Origin: Octopus vulgaris
Taxonomy: Eukaryota
DNA length: 64,000 bases
Direction: 5' to 3'
Assembly (NCBI GenBank): GCA_951406725.2
Contig: OX597823.1
Coordinates: 55,800,001 to 55,864,000 of the forward strand
Shown here: one piece after another, positions 58,714-64,000 of the stretch
Layout of the letters: the number at the start of each line of letters is the position of its first letter
How positions within the stretch are numbered: position 1 is the stretch's first letter
Translations under genes and position numbers: made by a program
The notes under the pieces: generated by a model
The model's input: only the letters and a program-made list of their open reading frames with translations
Database searches by the model: none
What the model was told of the DNA's origin: nothing

Positions 58714-59581
58714 GAAAGACAGATAGATAAATAGATAGATATACATACTACATACGAGCAGATTCTGGGAAGTATCTGGCTTTCAGGGTATCACGAAAGA
58801 CCTGGTTAGGGGTCCAACCTTGCGAGTTATTTTACAGGGTTGCAATAAGTGTGTGAATCTGAGGGTGAAATATGTTGAATAAAATCATTTTTAACCGATC
58901 CTCCTGTACTTTCTTTTACGCTAACTCCAATCTTTCTTTGATAATAAATTAAATTCCATTTGCAAAAAATGGTTTCCTTCAACCTGGAATAAACACACAA
59001 ATTTTCAAAAATGACAAAAATTAATATTTTTACCCTGCAACAGGTAGAAATTAACAAAAAAGAAAAACATTCCAACAGTAGTAATTTTCCAACAAGGCAC
59101 AATTTTCTGCCCCGTAGTGCAAAAATTACCGTTCAGAAAACGGTGACAGCTTAAATTCAACACGTGTAACAAACAGTGCAATAACAATAAACATTAAACA
59201 GAATGAACTCAGAAAAGCAGCTGCACTCAAGATGTAGGTAAGAGAGGAAACTTTGAACGAACTGAATGTTTAAGCAGATCGGATAAACTCAAACCAGCGG
59301 CCAGAATGACGTTATGTATACAAATTTTTATCTGATTTACTTAAGCTCTTAGTAAGAGTGAATATATAAGCAATATCGTCGCGGAGAATTAGAGAAAGTA
59401 TTAAGTCGCTAATGATCTCCCAACAGAGGAAGAAAAATAATCCGCAAAAATCTTCGTCTGTCCATTATATTCAGTACTGCTTATTCTGTTTCTAAAGTAC
59501 AAATTAGCATCGAAGCAACGCACTGCTAACGCACTAGGACCCCCCCACACACACACACACTCACATACACACAAACACACA

Positions 59582-59617
<36 letters not shown>

Positions 59618-60465
59618 TGCACATACATACACACATATATAATAGATCAGGATTCAAGTAAATTAAGAATGTTAATGGTAAGGCATCGGGTCGGGTCGGG
59701 TCGGGTCGAAAATGAAAATGACTACACAACAAAAACAGACGAATAAATACGCGGCAACTGAAGTACAGACAGAAAGGTGTTCAGGTTATGTATACGATTA
59801 ACTATACCCGACTGGATATATCAATAGTGCTAAGGCTAAGGAAGAAACGCACATTGTACTAAATGTACGGACCATAATATACTTCGAATCACGTAAGGGA
59901 CAGGTTCCAAGAGAGGGGAATTACAAATAAATAAATAACAAGAGGTGGATAATGTCAGGCCATAGAGCTGTTTACAACGAATTTTTAATTGATTACTGGA
60001 GACATTACATTATTAGAAAAAACTGTTTTCATCAGATGAATACATGAACCATAACATTCAAAAACATACCAAAACCAACGCCATGTTCACCTTTATGATT
60101 CTATGGCCCTAGCTGGTCATAGAACGAATCTGTTAGTTTAAATGAGTAGTGTTATAGGAGTAGATAGTGTGGGTAGGGGTGGAAGTACCTAAGATTTATA
60201 GTAATGTTGGAAGTTAAAGGACATGGTAGGGTGGGATCGGAGTGCGAAGCATCTCGTCACTATAATTAAGATAAAGCTTATTTTATTTACCTTTTAATTC
60301 AATTCAACAAGCAGTTTTAGGGTTAAATATAAAGGATAAGGTCACCCACTACTCAGGTCGATCTGCTTCAGTAAACCCTTAAAGACAGTGCTACAGTATG
60401 ACCGGCAGACATGATTAAAACAAGAAAAAGAATGAAGGAATAAAAAGAATATACCACAACAATCG

Positions 60466-60517
<52 letters not shown>

Positions 60518-60720
60518 GAAATAGAAAGATGAATAATCTTATTGCAGATTAATCAAAAGTTTAAACGATACCTTGGTAGCAAAAATCACAGCAGAAGACA
60601 GCACGGTTGGAGGTACAACCATATGGTGTTGCAACCATGCGTTGGTGCGGATAATTGAATTTTAATATTATTAGTGAATTGAAGAAATCGAGTTGAACGA
60701 AGATTGAACAGAAATCGTTT

Positions 60721-60813
60721 TATTGCATTCTACACGTGTTTCGAAAGCCACAATTTACCAAATTCCGATTGAATAAGGAGACCATATTGTGTCTTTCTCT
60801 TCAGGAAGAAATA
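60721..60813 (-). ncRNA. Type I hammerhead ribozyme (PLE 3' pLTR, sense to ORF)
   Basis: UUC-CUGAAGA-GAAAG..CUUUC-GAAAC-ACGU-GUA^GAA; long stem II (CACAAU/AUUGUG); palindromic stem III CACGUG. Confidence 0.85.
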
Positions 60814-61482
60814 GGAAATCCGTTGGCAAAAACAAAAACAGAACAGAGGCGCAGCAAAACAAATCGAACGAGGCTTCTAAGAGCCCATGGCCAAACTGTT
60901 TATCAATGTATGTTGAAATCGGGTGGTGGGTGCGTTGAAGATTTTAACAGGTCAGGCAGCGGTCATTCCGGTGGGTGAGAGCACGGGGTGCGTAGATGTT
61001 CTTTGTGACCGAGACTAAAGTTCTGACTATTTAAAGAATATTAGGTGTATTATATGGGGCGAGTCAAAATCTACTTAGAAACATGTGTGTGTGAACTATT
61101 CCATATGTGCGCAGCCGCAAGTTGGTAAGAAGCGCTACACACTGGTCACTGCTGAGAAAGTCCGTCAGGGGGTAGAAAATATTTTATGTGTTCGTATGTA
61201 CGTTTAATCGCGCGGCCGTCAGTTGGTAAACAGCCCTACACAATGGTCACTGCTGAAAAATCCGTCAGGCGGCAGAAAAATATTTTATGTGTGCGTGTGT
61301 TCGTCTAATCATGCCTTGTCAAAGAAACCCCCGTCGTCAAAACAAAACCCCATTCGTCTCCTGGGAGTAATTCCCCTTGCAATGGTTAATCATATTTCTC
61401 TTAAAAAGCTTTTTCAAAATTTATTTCCAAGGGCTATTTTCATATAAGTAGTGTAACCGGGTGCAGGTATTATTTATAAGCG

Positions 61483-62637
61483 TTATTTATAAGCAAGATA
61501 AGTATAACGCCGCCAATGGGGGCATCGAAAAACCGACTGTAAAAGTCCGTTTACCATCCGGTCTCTGGCGAACAATATATGGAAGAGCTCGGAGACACAA
61601 AGGTTGCACTTCCTTCTGCCCCTATCAAATGGGAGGGCCACCGACAAAATTGACCATTCCAGGCTGTAGCTTGAGTTCGTATTCTTCAATCGCCATATTA
61701 GCTTGCTAAGTCCCGTGGTCTGGCATTTATTCACGTCGCGAAAAGTTGCGTAATGGTTGGAGATTCGTAAGGCCAACCTTGACGATGAGGCCCCGACATA
61801 TGAGTAGACATCTGAGTCCGTGTAAACCTTGCATTGGTAAACGGCGTTTCTGATCTTGGAGTTCACCGACGTGAACCTTACTCTATTAGGATTAGTTTCT
61901 GAAATTAGAACTGCGTTACTGTTACTATATTTGTTGCGAGAACTGCAGCCGCTTACTACTTTATTTTCCACTACGTCACTATTAACTAACGGAATAACCC
62001 CTGTTTCTACACTATCACCCAGAGTGCTGTCATTGCTAGTGCCCGTGGTGCTGCTATTGCCGGAAACGATGCTGGAGTTGCTATTGGGACTCTCTACCCT
62101 AATGAGCCGAGCTGAGCTCACCTCACTACTGCCATTGTTACCGTTAATGACATCACCCTTATTTATATCTATACCCCTAGTATATAATCCCTGGTTGGAG
62201 CTGAGATTATGAGTCACTGTACTGGCTCTCATATCATTATTACTACTATTATTATTCCTACTGAGCGTTAAACCGGGAGCGGAAGAAGCTGTGCCTCCGG
62301 AAAAAGGTGATAGGGTCTTAGTAAGCAGCCTATTATTATGGGAGGCGATTATCTGGGCGGGGTTTTTAGTGTTGGAGAAAGCTATCCTAACTTTATGCGA
62401 GTTAACCGTGGAGTAATATTTGGAATTTCTGGGGAAGTTATTGGCGATGGTTTGTCGAAACATGAGGGGGAGGTTAGTTCTAATCTGCTTACCAAAGGGA
62501 ATTACAAACCATATATGCTTATTCCTATTTATGTGATGGGTCGGGACGCCAGCTCTCGCATTCGGGTGGGTGATTCTCGGATGAATAACGGGTTTTGGGT
62601 TAGTGTGAGCTCCCCCGGACCGATAATTATCCTTGTT
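61483..62637 (-). CDS. C-terminal part of Penelope-like element ORF (linker + GIY-YIG endonuclease); RT missing
   Basis: HIWFVIPFGKQIRTN..NNFP..KVRIAFSNTKN..IIASHN linker; AVYQCKV..YSYVGASS..RISNHY GIY-YIG core; LSKLIWRLK..EWSIL..CNLCVSE tail typical of Neptune/Nematis-type PLEs. The first ~29 aa of the listed 413-aa ORF come from the inverted pLTR. Confidence 0.88.
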   Translation of the reverse strand, partial: NKDNYRSGGAHTNPKPVIHPRITHPNARAGVPTHHINRNKHIWFVIPFGKQIRTNLPLMFRQTIANNFPRNSKYYSTVNSHKVRIAFSNTKNPAQIIASHNNRLLTKTLSPFSGGTASSAPGLTLSRNNNSSNNDMRASTVTHNLSSNQGLYTRGIDINKGDVINGNNGSSEVSSARLIRVESPNSNSSIVSGNSSTTGTSNDSTLGDSVETGVIPLVNSDVVENKVVSGCSSRNKYSNSNAVLISETNPNRVRFTSVNSKIRNAVYQCKVYTDSDVYSYVGASSSRLALRISNHYATFRDVNKCQTTGLSKLIWRLKNTNSSYSLEWSILSVALPFDRGRRKCNLCVSELFHILFARDRMVNGLLQSVFRCPHWRRYTYLAYK

Positions 62638-62646
62638 CGGATTTCC

Positions 62647-62739
62647 TATTTCTTCCTGAAGAGAAAGACACAATATGGTCTCCTTATTCAATCGGAATTT
62701 GGTAAATTGTGGCTTTCGAAACACGTGTAGAATGCAATA
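62647..62739 (+). ncRNA. Type I hammerhead ribozyme (inverted pLTR copy)
   Basis: CTGAAGA 62656-62662, GAAA 62718-62721, CACGTG, cleavage triplet GTA 62727-62729. Confidence 0.85.
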
Positions 62740-63360
62740 AAACGATTTCTGTTCAATCTTCGTTCAACTCCATTTCTTCAATTCACTAATTATATATATA
62801 TATATATATTATATAAAAGGGCTTAGTAAAATAAATTACTTTGCCGCATACTGAACTCATTAGAAATAGCAGCTAAAAAAACTTTTTTAAAAACTATTTC
62901 CAATACTTAAAGAAAACCTCTCTCATATAGTGTTTGCTCAATTCAACTCACAAAAGTATGGGGGTAGAGACATTAAAAAATCAAATGCAAAGGTTATTTG
63001 AGAACTTACGTTTCAAGATTAGTCAAAATCGACACTTCTATCATCAGCTCAGAACTCCCTGGTTTGGATTTGAAAACACTGAAAGTAGGAGCATACCCTT
63101 TCGGCTTGTTATCACTTCTGAAGATCTGCTCAAAACTAACAGTGCTAGCAAATTCAAATATGCAAGCGAAGAATTTCTGCTCTCCCCTTTCCACCAGCGT
63201 GGGTTAAAATCAGCAAACACTATGCTTTTTTCGGTAAAATCCGAGGCATTATATAGAGAGGGAGGTTGAGGGTAAAATTAATTAATTAATCAATTTCACC
63301 AAGTATTCAGTATACAAAGGGACCATTTAAGGCGAATTCAAATTATTACATTATATAAAA

Positions 63361-63698
63361 GGGGAATTACAAACCATAGAAATAGCAGCTAAAAAAGCTT
63401 TTTTAAAAACTATTTCCAATACTTATTCCTATCAATTCAACTGTGATGGGTCGGGACGCCAGCTCTCGCATTCGGGTGGGTGATTCTCGGATGAACGTAA
63501 CGGGTTTTGGGCTAGTGTGAGCTCCCCCGGACCGATAATTATCCTTGTTCGGATTTCCTATTTCTTCCTGAAGAGAAAGACACAATATGGTCTCCTTATT
63601 CAATCGGAATTTGGTAAATTGTGGCTTTCGAAACGCGTGTAGAATGCAATAAAACGATTTCTGTTCAATCTTCGTTCAACTCCATTTCTTCAATTCAC

Positions 63699-63702
<4 letters not shown>
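63361..63702 (+). repeat. Mosaic duplicate of 62498-62790 and 62862-62908
   Basis: Repeats the ORF/inverted-pLTR junction of the PLE and ends at the same ttcactaat(TA)n. Confidence 0.8.
63559..63651 (+). ncRNA. Type I hammerhead ribozyme (third copy)
   Basis: CTGAAGA 63568-63574, GAAAC-GCGT-GTA 63630-63641; near-identical to 62647-62739. Confidence 0.8.
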
Positions 63703-63754
<52 letters not shown>

Positions 63755-64000
63755 TTCAGATGAATATGGTACTTAAGTTGAGGCACCAGAATTTAGTATG
63801 GTATTATCCATACAATTTAAGATACGGTGATTACAATAAAAATAAGCAATAAGGATATCCAGAGGTAATGTAGTACGATCGTTTCATGCGACTCCATTTA
63901 ATTGAACAATGCAATTATATCAGCAGCACAAAGCACATAGAATTTAATTACATTTGAAGGACACATTAGTATAATTTTATTCAAAATCTCCAAGAGGATA

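Larger units (their letters stand above)
60514..62790 (-). mobile_element. Penelope-like retroelement, 5'-truncated (linker + GIY-YIG endonuclease + 3' pLTR, with inverted 5' pLTR copy)
   Basis: Bounded by (TA)n on both sides. 60670-60822 and 62638-62790 are inverted copies, each carrying a hammerhead motif. The minus-strand ORF has PLE linker and GIY-YIG motifs. Confidence 0.9.

Noticed and set aside
62638-62724. MFRKPQF.. as the start of the 413-aa protein (also ORFs at 60736 and 63403)
   Set aside because: It is the antisense of the ribozyme-bearing pLTR fused in frame by the inversion.
61856-62730. Plus-strand ORFs of 118 and 130 aa
   Set aside because: Antisense shadows of the PLE ORF.

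Overview
AT-rich, gene-free eukaryotic DNA packed with microsatellites and transposon remnants. The SINE families and repeat style point to an octopus (cephalopod) genome, which is an inference. No intact host gene is evident. Recognisable elements: many tRNA-derived SINEs of three or four families, a full-length decayed mariner (52947-54227), an internally deleted Tc1/mariner, L1/Tx1, RTE and R4/Dong LINE fragments, two Helitron-like non-autonomous elements, a ~34-bp satellite amplified from a SINE segment (41.2-43.0 kb), and a 5'-truncated Penelope-like element with an open GIY-YIG frame (60.5-62.8 kb). The main hidden signal is about 14-16 type I minimal hammerhead-ribozyme motifs from several unrelated families. 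Most sit in short non-coding elements inserted into (TA)n tracts with inverted or tandem architecture (Penelope pLTR / retrozyme-like). They show palindromic stem III loops, long stem II extensions, covariation between families and some non-canonical cores. All coordinates and pairings were read by eye.
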